Shown here: piece after piece, positions 21,552 through 31,465 of the stretch | How positions within the stretch are numbered: the first letter of the stretch is position 1 | How the letters are laid out: each line of letters starts with the position of its first letter | Assembly: GCA_963851265.1 (NCBI GenBank) | Contig: CAWKNZ010000002.1 | Span: forward strand, 1,056,001-1,120,000 | Direction: 5' to 3' | Length of the DNA: 64,000 bases | Origin: an uncultured Gemmatimonadales bacterium | GTDB taxonomy: Bacteria; Gemmatimonadota; Gemmatimonadetes; Gemmatimonadales; Gemmatimonadaceae | Made by a program: the position numbers and the translations under genes | The notes under the pieces: model-generated | What the model was told of the DNA's origin: nothing | The model's database searches: none | What the model saw: only the letters and a program-made list of their open reading frames with translations

Positions 21552-22033
21552 TGCGACATATCACGCGTGGGACCGCAGTCGCCGTCGTGGCCGCCGCGGC
21601 GATCGCGGCGACCGGATGCGCCAGCCTCGGGCACTCAGTGTTCGCGACACCAATCGTCTCGTTCAACACCGTCGAGGTGAACGGGCTCGGCCTGCAGGGC
21701 GGCAGTCTCGACGTCGTTCTGAGCGTGTACAACCCGAACCACTACGGGCTCAGCGCGCAGCGCATGGACTACCAGGTGCTCGTCGATTCGGTGCCGCTCG
21801 GGACGGGCGCGATCACGCGCAAGTTCGACGTGCACGGCGGCGACTCCACCCAGGTGCGGCTTCCCGTCACGTTCACCTACGCCGGCCTCGGCAGCGCCGG
21901 CCGTGCGCTGCTCGCACGCGGCGTCGTCAACTACCGCGTGCTCGGTAACATTACGGTCGGCACGCCGGTCGGCAATTTCACGCGCCCGTTCGACCGCACC
22001 GGGCAGTACAACAGCATCGGCGGCTTTCACTAA
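21548..22033 (+). CDS. LEA type 2 (WHy domain) lipoprotein
   Basis: Lipobox ATGC; L.VYNPN.Y.L motif of LEA_2; SD AGGAGG. Confidence 0.85.
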   Translation: MMRHITRGTAVAVVAAAAIAATGCASLGHSVFATPIVSFNTVEVNGLGLQGGSLDVVLSVYNPNHYGLSAQRMDYQVLVDSVPLGTGAITRKFDVHGGDSTQVRLPVTFTYAGLGSAGRALLARGVVNYRVLGNITVGTPVGNFTRPFDRTGQYNSIGGFH

Positions 22034-22109
22034 CCGCCCGCGTCGCGGCGATCGTGCCGCTTCGTTCCGTTAGTCATACCACGTCACACACGCAGACAGA
22101 GGCCATCCC

Positions 22110-23399
22110 ATCGCACGCGATCTGATCACGCTCGCGCCGCCTACAGAACGCGCGATCCTGGTCGGCGCACCGCTCAAGCGGTCGCACGACCGACACAACG
22201 TCGACGAACACCTCGAGGAGCTCGGCCGCCTGGCCGATACCGCGGGGGCGTCCGTCGTCGGCACGCTCACGCAGCAACTCGACCGCCCGCACCCGGGCAC
22301 GTACCTCGGCAGCGGGAAGCTCGAGGCGCTTAAGGAGCGCGCCGGCGAGCTCGACGCGTCGCTGGTGCTGTTCGACGACGAGCTGTCGCCCGCGCAGGGC
22401 AAGAACATCGAGCAGGCGATCGGCGTGCGCGTCATGGACCGCGCCGAGCTGATCCTCGACATCTTCGCGACCCGCGCGCGCACCAACGAGGCGAAGCTGC
22501 AGGTCGAGTTGGCCCAGCTCGAATACATGCTGCCGCGTCTGACGCGCATGTGGACCCACCTCGAGCGCACGCAGGGCGGCATCGGCACGCGCGGCCCCGG
22601 CGAAACGCAGCTCGAAACGGACCGGCGACTCATCGGCCACCGCATTCGCGTCCTCAAGGAGCGACTCGAAGCGGTGCAGCGGTCGCGCGAGGTGCAGCGG
22701 GCGTCACGGCGCGACAGCTTCCGCGCGGCGCTCGTCGGCTACACGAATGCGGGGAAGTCGTCGATCCTTCGTGGCCTCACCGGTGCGAACGACGTGTTCG
22801 TCGAGGATCGCCTGTTCGCCACGCTCGACCCGCTGACGCGCGAGGCGCAAGTCGGCGCGCACGCGCGCGTCCTCGTCACCGACACGGTCGGGTTCATCCG
22901 CAAGCTGCCGCACCACCTCGTCGCGTCGTTCCGCGCGACGCTCGAGGAGACGCGCGAGGCGGACCTGCTCCTCCACGTGATCGACGCGAGTCATCCGGGC
23001 TGGGAGGAGCAGCGCGCCGTCGTCGAGGACGTGCTCGCCGACATCGGCGTGCGCGAAACACCCGTGCTCTACGTGTTCAACAAGATCGACGCGCTCGAGG
23101 CGGACGTGGTTGACGCGATGCGCACGCGCGAAGCGCACGCCGACGTCGAAGCGGTTTTCGTCTCCGCGCAGACTCCGGGCGGATTGCAGCCGCTTGCCGA
23201 CGCCCTCGCCGCGTGGGAGCAGAAGCGCTACAGCGTGGTCGACGTGTGCCTCGCGGCCGGCGATGGGCGCGAGCTCGCGACGCTCTACCGCGAGGCTGAG
23301 GTGCTGGAGCAGCGGTCGGACGAGGGGATGCTGCACGTACGGGCGCGGGTCGGGTCGCGGCTGCTCGGGCAGCTCCGAGACCGCGGGTTGGTGACGTAA
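22110..23399 (+). CDS. hflX: GTPase HflX (probable non-canonical ATC start)
   Basis: GTRGPGETQLE, GYTNAGKS, LFATLD, DTVGFI and NKID motifs. The N-domain motifs ERAILVG, EELGRLADTAG and TYLGSGK lie in-frame upstream of the first GTG (22365). Confidence 0.93.
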   Translation: MARDLITLAPPTERAILVGAPLKRSHDRHNVDEHLEELGRLADTAGASVVGTLTQQLDRPHPGTYLGSGKLEALKERAGELDASLVLFDDELSPAQGKNIEQAIGVRVMDRAELILDIFATRARTNEAKLQVELAQLEYMLPRLTRMWTHLERTQGGIGTRGPGETQLETDRRLIGHRIRVLKERLEAVQRSREVQRASRRDSFRAALVGYTNAGKSSILRGLTGANDVFVEDRLFATLDPLTREAQVGAHARVLVTDTVGFIRKLPHHLVASFRATLEETREADLLLHVIDASHPGWEEQRAVVEDVLADIGVRETPVLYVFNKIDALEADVVDAMRTREAHADVEAVFVSAQTPGGLQPLADALAAWEQKRYSVVDVCLAAGDGRELATLYREAEVLEQRSDEGMLHVRARVGSRLLGQLRDRGLVT

Positions 23400-23567
23400 T
23401 CCCGCCGGTACGGCACACGGGTGCGACGGCCGGTGCGGCGGCCCTGCTTCCGTCTGCATGCTCGAGCGGCCACATTTGACCGCTGGACTGCGTAGCCGGG
23501 GTTCCGGCGCGCGCGCTTCGCGCCGGCTCGACGCGCGCTGCAGCGGTGACCCGGGATGAGGATCTGA

Positions 23568-25304
23568 GTGCACGGAGCGGGGCAAATCGGTTTCGAAGTT
23601 GGTTCCAAATCCGTCCGCATTCGTGCGCAGCGGTGCCTGTCGCGCGGCCGGCGCGCCGGGCCGATCGTCAGGAGCGTTGGCGCGGTCGTGTTCGCGGTCA
23701 CACTGGCCAGCACGGCCCACGGGCAGGCAGCGCCGCCGGCCCGGCCGACGACGGCGCCAAACACGGCGGCCCCGCCGCTCGGTACCGCGGCGTCAGCAGC
23801 ATCGCCCGGTGCCGTGCCACTCCCGACCGGCGGCCCCCTTCTCGACGCACCGGTCAGTCGCACGCAGTACCGAGTCGGGCCGGGCGACGTGCTCGACGTC
23901 GCGCTCCTCGGCGATCTGACCCGCGTGTTCGCGGTCGGCGTCGCGCCCGAGGGAACGGTGCTCGTCCCAGGGGTCGGCCTCGCGCGCGTCCTCGGCCTCA
24001 ACATCGACGAGGCGGAACGGCGCATCCGCGACCTCGTGCTTCGGTACTACCGCAACGTCGACGTTCGAGTCTCGCTCGCGCAGGTGCGAGCGTTCAAGGT
24101 GTTCGTCGTCGGCGACGTGGCGGCGCCCGGCGTTCGCAACGCGACCGCGGCCACTCGGGTCAGTGAAGTACTCCCGGACGCTCCCACCGATGGAAGCGTG
24201 CGGCACCGGAACGTGATCCTCCGGCGCTCGTCCGGCGACTCGCTCTCGATCGACCTCCTCCGGTTCCGCCAGACCGGCGACCTGAGCGCGAATCCAACGC
24301 TCCGCGAGGGAGACGCGATCATCGTCCCGATCATCGATCGCACGGTTCAGGTTTACGGTCGCGTCGCGTTCCCGGGCACGTACGAGTACCGGCGCGGCGA
24401 AACGCTGCAACAGCTCCTCGCCGTAGCCAACGGCGCCGGACCGTTCCCCGCGGACGCAGCCGACACGCTCCGCGTCGCGCGGTTCGTCGGCGCGGAGCGC
24501 CGCGAATTCCGCGTGTTCTCGCGGACGCAGGCCACCGGTCCGGAAGGTGACCGGTTCGTACTCGAGCCGTCCGACGCCATCTTCGTTCCGGCGGTCGCCA
24601 ACTACAAGGTTCAGAAGACGGCGGCGATCACCGGACAGGTCCTTCGGCCGGGGACGTACCCGATCCGACCGGAGACGACGACCGTTCGTGAACTCGTCGC
24701 CCTGGCCGGCGGATTCACGCCGGACGCGTCGCTCGCCGACGCCACCCTGCGTCGCGTTCCGCCGGCGAGCGAACTCCAGGGCGCGCGACAGCTCGCCAGC
24801 GTCCCACAGGATCTGTTGACGAGCGAGGAGCGGCGAGTCCTCCAGGCGCGGTCGCAGGCCGACCCCGCGCGCGTCGTGATCGACTTCCAGGCGTTGTTTA
24901 CGGGCGGACGCGATGCGCTCGACCAGTCGCTCGAGGCCGGCGACTCGCTCACGGTTCCGGTCCGGCGCACCGGCGTGACCGTGATCGGCGCCGTCACGAA
25001 TCCAGGGATCGTTCCGTACGCGTCGGGGCAGGGCATCGACTACTACGTGAATCTCGCCGGCGGCTACGCGCGGCGCGCCGATCGCGGCGGACGCACGGTG
25101 CTGCGCGCTCGACTCGGCGGTCGCGCGGACGCGACCGACGCGCGCGACATCCGGAACGTCAACGCGGGCGATCAGATCGTCGTCCCGTTCCGCGAACGGT
25201 CGCGCGTTCTGCAAAATTTCCAGACCGCGGCGGCGATCGTCGGTACCGTCACGGGGACGCTCTTCTCGCTGTACACGATTCGCCAGCTGGCGCGCGGCCA
25301 ATGA
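23568..25304 (+). CDS. SLBB-domain polysaccharide export protein (OPX, Wza/KpsD-like)
   Basis: Poly_export motif (YRVGPGDVLDV, V.PEGTVLVPGVG) and several SLBB repeats (GRVAFPGTY, GQVLRPGTY, GAVTNPG); SD GAGGA. Confidence 0.88.
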   Translation: MHGAGQIGFEVGSKSVRIRAQRCLSRGRRAGPIVRSVGAVVFAVTLASTAHGQAAPPARPTTAPNTAAPPLGTAASAASPGAVPLPTGGPLLDAPVSRTQYRVGPGDVLDVALLGDLTRVFAVGVAPEGTVLVPGVGLARVLGLNIDEAERRIRDLVLRYYRNVDVRVSLAQVRAFKVFVVGDVAAPGVRNATAATRVSEVLPDAPTDGSVRHRNVILRRSSGDSLSIDLLRFRQTGDLSANPTLREGDAIIVPIIDRTVQVYGRVAFPGTYEYRRGETLQQLLAVANGAGPFPADAADTLRVARFVGAERREFRVFSRTQATGPEGDRFVLEPSDAIFVPAVANYKVQKTAAITGQVLRPGTYPIRPETTTVRELVALAGGFTPDASLADATLRRVPPASELQGARQLASVPQDLLTSEERRVLQARSQADPARVVIDFQALFTGGRDALDQSLEAGDSLTVPVRRTGVTVIGAVTNPGIVPYASGQGIDYYVNLAGGYARRADRGGRTVLRARLGGRADATDARDIRNVNAGDQIVVPFRERSRVLQNFQTAAAIVGTVTGTLFSLYTIRQLARGQ

Positions 25305-26560
25305 CCGACCACGGCGCAAGCCTCGGGAACGGCGCGGGCGCGAACGGGCAGTCCCTCCCGCGGGTGGTGGCCGACCCTGTCGGGGGAGGAACCTCCGGCA
25401 GCGTGCCGACCGCGCTCCGCGTCGCTGCCATTCTCGCGCGCGGCTGGCGGCGCGTACTCGCGATCGCACTCGCCACGACGGTCGCGGCGACGGCGGCGGC
25501 CGCATTCTTCCCGCAGACGTACGTCGCGGGGACGCTGCTCGTGCCGTTCGCGGGGTCGTCGCACAGTTCGCTCGCGAGCGCGGGCCTGCCGAGCGGAGTC
25601 GCGGGGCTGCTCGGGAGCGTCGGGAGTTCCCCGGGGGAGCGGCTCCTCAGTTCGGTGCTCTCCTCGGTGCGGCTCTTCGAGGCCGTGTCGCGCCGGGCGG
25701 TTCGCGCACCGCGTGAGTCGGAGATCGTCGACCACGTGCTGCGGAAGGGTGTGCGGGTGGTGCACAACCCGGACGGATCGATCGTGATCCAGGTGAGCGC
25801 GCCGACGCCCGAACTCGCCGCTCGCATCGCGAACACGTATCCGCCAGTGCTCAACGCCGTGCTCGCGCGGCTGAGCGCGGAAGGGGCGGCGGTGAAGCGT
25901 TCGTATCTCCGGACGCAGCTCGACACGGCGGACGAGCGCCTAACGTCGTCGGAGCGGAAGTTCGTCGAGTTCGCCCAGCAACGAACCGCCCCGGCGCCCG
26001 AACAGCAGGCGCAACGCACGCTCGACGCGGCCGCGAGCCTGCAACAGCAGATTTTCGAGCAGGAGGCGGCGATCGCGCAGCTGCGGCGCACGGCGACTGT
26101 CGACAACCCGGAGCTTCGAGCTGCCGAGGCGCTGCTCGCGACGCGCCGCGGACAGCTTCGCGAACTGACCAACGGCGGTGGACCGCAGCGCTCGGTGTTC
26201 GTCCCGGTCGAGCGCGGTCCGGCCCTCCGCGTCGCGTCGACCCGCGTCGAGCGCGAGTACCAGCAGGATCTGCGCGTCTACGCATCGCTCGCGGCGCAGC
26301 TGACCGATGCGGAGATCGACGAGACCAACTCGCTCCCGGTGTTGACCGTCCTCGACCCGGCGCGCGAGCCGGGCGATCCGACTCTCACCGTTCCGGTGGC
26401 GGCGCTGCTCGGGCTCGTCTTCGGGCTCGTGCTCGGCGCCGCCGTCGCGATGGTCCGTGATGCCTTTGCGCGCCTGCGGGGCCGCCCCGACGCCGCGCCG
26501 TATTTCGCCGCGTTCACGCGCGGCGGTACGCGCGAGCCGGCTGCGGTGCAGCGCTCGTGA
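25301..26560 (+). CDS. Polysaccharide co-polymerase / chain-length determinant (Wzz/GNVR-like)
   Basis: Two terminal TM helices around a coiled coil; VLDPAREP..P followed by GLVFGLVLG; no kinase domain. Confidence 0.82.
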   Translation: MTDHGASLGNGAGANGQSLPRVVADPVGGGTSGSVPTALRVAAILARGWRRVLAIALATTVAATAAAAFFPQTYVAGTLLVPFAGSSHSSLASAGLPSGVAGLLGSVGSSPGERLLSSVLSSVRLFEAVSRRAVRAPRESEIVDHVLRKGVRVVHNPDGSIVIQVSAPTPELAARIANTYPPVLNAVLARLSAEGAAVKRSYLRTQLDTADERLTSSERKFVEFAQQRTAPAPEQQAQRTLDAAASLQQQIFEQEAAIAQLRRTATVDNPELRAAEALLATRRGQLRELTNGGGPQRSVFVPVERGPALRVASTRVEREYQQDLRVYASLAAQLTDAEIDETNSLPVLTVLDPAREPGDPTLTVPVAALLGLVFGLVLGAAVAMVRDAFARLRGRPDAAPYFAAFTRGGTREPAAVQRS

Positions 26561-27522
26561 GCCTGTCACACGGATCCGCCGCGACCGCGACGCCTGCCCG
26601 CGATCCGCTGAACGGCGCGCCGCGCGTGGCCGAACCCGCCGCGGACGGCGCGCCGGTGTCGCGCGCGACGCGCGACGCTGGTTTGGAGACTCACGCGGGC
26701 CACGTTCCGGTGCTCGTCACGATCGACCCGCGGCGCCGGCTGACGTGGCCGAGTCCGCGCGAGCTGTGGGCACACCGCGAGCTTCTGTATTATCTGGCGT
26801 GGCGCGACCTGAAGGTGCGCTACAAGCAGACGCTGCTCGGCGTATTGTGGACCGTCGCGCTGCCGCTCGCGACGGCGCTCGTGTTCACCGTGTTCATCGG
26901 CCGCGTCGCGCGTGTGCAGTCGAACGGGATGCCGTACACGCTGTTCGCGTATAGCGGCCTGCTGCCATGGAATTTCTTCTCGGCGGCGGTCTCTGGCTCT
27001 GCGGGAAGTCTCGTAGGAAGTGCGAACCTGATCACGAAGGTGTACTTCCCGCGCACGATCGTGCCGGCGGCGCAGATCGCGGCGCGACTCGTCGACTACG
27101 CGATCTCGTACGCCGTTCTCGGCCTCATGATGGCGTGGTACCACGTCGCACCGTCGCGCAACCTCTTCCTGCTGCTCCCGCTGACGGTGCTCGCGACGCT
27201 CTGCGCGCTCGCGTTCGGGCTTTGGGTGGCCGCGGTCAACGTGCGGTACCGGGACGTCGGCGTGATCGTCCCGGTCGCGCTCCAGCTCTGGCTGTTCGCG
27301 TCGCCCGTGATGTATCCGATGGAACTCGTCTCGCCGCGCTGGCGCATCATGTACTACCTGAATCCGCTTGCGGGAATCATCGATGGATTCCGCGTCGCGA
27401 TAGGCGGCGGCCGGCTCAACTGGACGGCGCTCGGTATCTCCACGGCCGTCACCTGCGCCGTCCTGGCGTATTCGCTCCGAACGTTCGTGCGATCCGAACG
27501 CAGTTTCGCCGACATCATCTGA
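26557..27522 (+). CDS. wzm: Polysaccharide ABC transporter permease
   Basis: RDLKVRYKQTLLG.LW, NLITKVYFPR, YRDV and NPL..IIDGFR motifs. Confidence 0.93.
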   Translation: MSLSHGSAATATPARDPLNGAPRVAEPAADGAPVSRATRDAGLETHAGHVPVLVTIDPRRRLTWPSPRELWAHRELLYYLAWRDLKVRYKQTLLGVLWTVALPLATALVFTVFIGRVARVQSNGMPYTLFAYSGLLPWNFFSAAVSGSAGSLVGSANLITKVYFPRTIVPAAQIAARLVDYAISYAVLGLMMAWYHVAPSRNLFLLLPLTVLATLCALAFGLWVAAVNVRYRDVGVIVPVALQLWLFASPVMYPMELVSPRWRIMYYLNPLAGIIDGFRVAIGGGRLNWTALGISTAVTCAVLAYSLRTFVRSERSFADII

Positions 27523-27529
27523 ATTCTGC

Positions 27530-28822
27530 ATGCCGACGGTCGTCTCAGTAGACCGCCTCGCGAAGGTGTACCGCCTCGGTGGGCGTCCCACCTCCGACAC
27601 GCTGCGCGACGCCGTCGTCCAGTTCGCGCGCGCGCCGCTCGGCGCGCTCCGACGCCGCCAGTCGGACGACCCGCTGCAAGAATTGTGGGCACTCCGCGAC
27701 GTGTCGTTCGACATCTCCGATGGCGACGTGGTCGGCTTCATCGGCCACAACGGCGCCGGGAAATCGACGCTGCTCAAGGTGCTCGCGAGGATCGTCGAGC
27801 CCACCTCGGGACGCGTACAGATCCGCGGGCGGGTCGGCAGCCTGCTCGAAGTCGGCACGGGCTTTCACCCCGACCTCACCGGTCGCGAGAACGTCTACCT
27901 GAACGGCGCGTTGCTCGGCATGCGACGTTTCGAGATCGCGCGCCGCTTCGACGAAATCGTCGCATTCTCGGAACTCGAGCGGTTCCTCGACACGCCGGTG
28001 AAGCGTTACTCGAGCGGGATGTACATGCGCCTGGCGTTCGCCGTCGCTGCGCACCTCGAGCCGGAAGTGCTGATCGTCGACGAGGTGCTGGCGGTCGGCG
28101 ACATCGCGTTTCAGAAGAAGTGTCTGGGGAAGATGATGGACGTCGCGAAGCACGGGCGCACGGTGCTCTTCGTGAGCCACAACCTGCAGGCGATCGCGAA
28201 CCTGTGCTCGCGCGCGCTCTTACTCGCGGGCGGTCGCGTCGTGGAAGACGGCGCAGCGGCCGGCGTGATCGACCGGTACTACCAGGCGTTCCAGACGGGG
28301 CAGACCGCGCGTTCGTTCGGCGACCGCGCGGATGGCGACAACCGAATCGTGCTCAGCGCACTTTCGGTCGACCAACCCGGGTCGGAACTCGCGAGCTTCC
28401 GATCCGAAGCGCCGGTCGAGGTCGCGATGCAGGTACGAGTCACCGCCGAGCCCCCGTTCGATGGCTTGGTGATCGGATTCTCGCTCTTCAACTCGGACAA
28501 CGTTGAAGTGCTCTCGTCGTACTACGATGACCTCGAACGCTCGCCACCGGGCGCGGCCGAGTCAGGCGTGTACGACATGCGGTGCACGATTCCCGGCCAC
28601 CTGTTGCAGGAAGGGACGTACCGCCTGATCCCAAACATCGCGATCGCGGAGATCAAGCGGTTCGCGGGTGACGAGCACGCGGTCGAGTTCTCCGTCAGCA
28701 ACGTGCGTGGCGTCGGCAGCCGCTGGCAGTCGCACCGCTGGCGGCGGAGCGTCGTGCTCCCGTACCTCCCCTGGATCGTCGAAGGCGCGGAGTTGCCGGC
28801 GACGGTCGACGTCGGACTATAG
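27530..28822 (+). CDS. wzt: Polysaccharide ABC transporter ATP-binding protein with Wzt C-terminal domain
   Basis: GHNGAGKSTLLK, YSSGMYMRLAF and DEVLAVGD motifs; about 170-aa beta-rich C-terminal extension. Confidence 0.93.
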   Translation: MPTVVSVDRLAKVYRLGGRPTSDTLRDAVVQFARAPLGALRRRQSDDPLQELWALRDVSFDISDGDVVGFIGHNGAGKSTLLKVLARIVEPTSGRVQIRGRVGSLLEVGTGFHPDLTGRENVYLNGALLGMRRFEIARRFDEIVAFSELERFLDTPVKRYSSGMYMRLAFAVAAHLEPEVLIVDEVLAVGDIAFQKKCLGKMMDVAKHGRTVLFVSHNLQAIANLCSRALLLAGGRVVEDGAAAGVIDRYYQAFQTGQTARSFGDRADGDNRIVLSALSVDQPGSELASFRSEAPVEVAMQVRVTAEPPFDGLVIGFSLFNSDNVEVLSSYYDDLERSPPGAAESGVYDMRCTIPGHLLQEGTYRLIPNIAIAEIKRFAGDEHAVEFSVSNVRGVGSRWQSHRWRRSVVLPYLPWIVEGAELPATVDVGL

Positions 28823-28880
28823 GTCCGAAGGGGCACTACCGCGGCGCGACGGTCGGCCGTCACCGGCCGTCGCGCGCGCG

Positions 28881-29849
28881 TTACGCGTGCGCTGCCGCGG
28901 GCTCGACCTCGATCGTGTTCGGCTGGTTCCCGCGACGACGCGTACGCTCGGCGCGCGTGAACGTCGCGGCGAGCTCCGAATCGTCGGAATGAAAGAGGCA
29001 GAGGTCGACGTAATAGATCGAGCCGTCGCGTCCGTTGGCGTAATCGTGAAGGTCACGGATGAGGTCGATCTCGTCGAGCGTCGTCGAAAGGAGCATGCGC
29101 CCGCTCTGGTCGAAGTAGACGATCGCGGAGTACCCGGCATCGCGCAGCCGCAGCAGCGTGTCGAGGCCGTTCTCGCCGATCGCGTCCATATTCTCCCGAT
29201 TGTACTCCATCAGAATGAGCGGGCGGACGCGCTCGATGTACGACAGTCCACCGCGGATCACGCGACAGTCGAATCCCTCCACGTCCACCTTCAAGACGCG
29301 ATACCGGTCCAGATCGGTCAGCTCCCGCGTGCATTCGTCGAGCGTGGTGAGCGACACCGTCGTCGACGTCGGCCCGGCGTTGGGCACCACCGTCAGGTTC
29401 CACCCTTCCTTCTGGAACACGACGGGGAGGTCTTCGACCCGCTCGCCCAGCAGGACGTTGCGCGCCGTCACGTCCGGAAATTGCCGCATGTTCTGCTGGA
29501 GTATCTCGAAGACGCGTGGATCTCCCTCGATGCAGAAGATTGCGACATCGCCGGCGGTCTTCACGACCGCCGCGGTATCGCCGAAATTCGCTCCGACGTC
29601 GATGACGGCGAGGTCCGGATACTTGGTGAGCGCGAGGGCGACGAGGCGGCTCAGCTCCCCGTTGTGCTTCTCGTCCCAGGTCCGGTGTGGGTAAACGGTC
29701 CCGTTCTCGAACAGCAGGATGGTGTGCGCGCCGACGCGCGTCGGCACGAGCGGAGTCGGGGTGGGCGGCGCCGGTTTGCGCTGAAGCCTGTACCCGAGGC
29801 GATCGAGCGTGTTGGACGCAGCTCGAAGCGTCATTCCCTTCAAGTTCAT
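28881..29849 (-). CDS. FkbM family SAM-dependent methyltransferase
   Basis: VIDVGANFG, TTLD, LKVDVEGFD and RPLILMEY motifs; SD AAGGA. Confidence 0.9.
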   Translation of the reverse strand: MNLKGMTLRAASNTLDRLGYRLQRKPAPPTPTPLVPTRVGAHTILLFENGTVYPHRTWDEKHNGELSRLVALALTKYPDLAVIDVGANFGDTAAVVKTAGDVAIFCIEGDPRVFEILQQNMRQFPDVTARNVLLGERVEDLPVVFQKEGWNLTVVPNAGPTSTTVSLTTLDECTRELTDLDRYRVLKVDVEGFDCRVIRGGLSYIERVRPLILMEYNRENMDAIGENGLDTLLRLRDAGYSAIVYFDQSGRMLLSTTLDEIDLIRDLHDYANGRDGSIYYVDLCLFHSDDSELAATFTRAERTRRRGNQPNTIEVEPAAAHA

Positions 29850-29974
29850 GCCGAATTTCCTTGGTGGACGTGGATGACTAGGTCACGTCGGGGAGTCGCT
29901 GCACGACGACCCGAGCGACGTAGATCACCCGATTCCTCGCCGTCCCGCAACGGTCAGCGCGCGAGACGCATGTC

Positions 29975-31255
29975 TCACGCTGCGGCGGATTCTGCACCTT
30001 CGTGATGATACGACTCGGACGCGGCGGCGTCGGGCGTCGAAGCCGTCGCGTGGGGGTCGGAGCGCCGGAACGCCTTGACGGGGAGTTCGCGTCGATTGCC
30101 GTATAAATCGGTAAGCGTCACAAACCTACGTCCGTCCGGTGTCGTCCGAGCCGGCGCAGTGGCCGGGAGCGACGCGATGTCGGTGTCGACCGGGAGCGGC
30201 GTGCCGTGCCGGGCCACCTGCCGTGTCACTGCATCGACTACCTCATCGGGCATGATGGCCCGCATACATGCCATCGCGTGCCCGCAGGTGTTGAGCTTCC
30301 AGCACGGTGAACACGGCACGGGCGCGTACAAGTTCTCGTTACACCCGTAGCCCGTCTGCCCCGGGTGCTCCCGACCCCCGTACACGATGACCGCGCGACA
30401 ATCGACGGCGCGCGCGAGGTGCATCGGCATCCCGACCTGGCCGACGAACAGGAGCGAATTGGCGAGCACGGCGGCCGTTTCACGCAACGAGGTCTTGCCG
30501 CGGAGGTCTACGGCGCCGTCAAGCGGCGGGTCGTTCGGTGAGCCGATTTGCACGAATTCGAAGTCGTGTTTGAGCGCGTCCACCACCGCCTGAAAGCGCT
30601 CGGGAAACCACTGCTTCGTTTTCATCGAGAATCGCGCAGTCAGCCCGGCGCTCTGAATCGCGATCTGGTTGGGTCGCACCACGCCCGCGGCGCGCTCCTC
30701 ATCGGTCAGGTCCAGGCGCGGCTTGAGCGAGATCGGCCCGACGATCCCGACCGCCTCACACATCAAGGTGAGGATGTGCTTGCGCGGGGACACGTCCCGA
30801 TCACCCCAGCGCATGTACCGCGTGTAATGCGGGCGCAGAAGGTCCCAGCCGAACGCGTCGGCCCAACGCATCTGCCGCCAACCCCACTTCAGTAGCAGGG
30901 CGGGGTCGTCGTTCCCGCGCCAGACATCGGGAAACTCGCTCACGACCCAGGTCCCGTCGAACCCGCGGTTCCGCAGCTCGCGGAGCACCACGGTCAGCAG
31001 CAACTCGTCCCCGATCCCGCCGAAGTAGCCGAGGAGCAGGTCGGGGGCGCCGTGGGCACGCCGGACGGCGAACGCCTCGGGTGCCGCGGCGGCAACCATC
31101 ACCTGCTCTCGCGTCCACCGATACCCGGGAACGACGCGCGGAACGTAATGCCGCTCGAACGCCTGCAGTACGCCCGCGGGCCCTTGCTTGCGGGCGATCC
31201 TGCGGGCCGTTTCGAGCTTCCGCTCAACTTTCCGCGCGAGGCTTGGCGGTTCCAT
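29975..31255 (-). CDS. Glycosyltransferase family 9 (heptosyltransferase-like), paralog A
   Basis: GGIGDELL, KQWFPERF, DLRGKTSLRETAA, MHLARAV and CSPC motifs. Confidence 0.85.
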   Translation of the reverse strand: MEPPSLARKVERKLETARRIARKQGPAGVLQAFERHYVPRVVPGYRWTREQVMVAAAAPEAFAVRRAHGAPDLLLGYFGGIGDELLLTVVLRELRNRGFDGTWVVSEFPDVWRGNDDPALLLKWGWRQMRWADAFGWDLLRPHYTRYMRWGDRDVSPRKHILTLMCEAVGIVGPISLKPRLDLTDEERAAGVVRPNQIAIQSAGLTARFSMKTKQWFPERFQAVVDALKHDFEFVQIGSPNDPPLDGAVDLRGKTSLRETAAVLANSLLFVGQVGMPMHLARAVDCRAVIVYGGREHPGQTGYGCNENLYAPVPCSPCWKLNTCGHAMACMRAIMPDEVVDAVTRQVARHGTPLPVDTDIASLPATAPARTTPDGRRFVTLTDLYGNRRELPVKAFRRSDPHATASTPDAAASESYHHEGAESAAA

Positions 31256-31395
31256 GTCGTCGTCGTCGGTGGAGCGACCGGCGCCGCGCACGAGCCCGCT
31301 CAGCAGCGACGCGCGCGGTGGCGGTCACGCGAAGCGTATCGAAAACCCGGCTGCGCGACCAGTGCCGGACGTCACACAGCGACGCCTTGTGCTCG

Positions 31396-31450
31396 TCACC
31401 GCGCCGGCGAGCGACGGCGGTGAAGCGCGCCTCACCGCGGCGCGGTGAGG
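31396..31450. repeat. Two adjacent intergenic inverted repeats sharing TCACCGC...GCGGTGA arms
   Basis: tcaccgc-N14-gcggtga (31396-31423) and cctcaccgcg-g-cgcggtgagg (31430-31450). Confidence 0.7.
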
Positions 31451-31465
31451 ACGCGTGTCGGGCGC

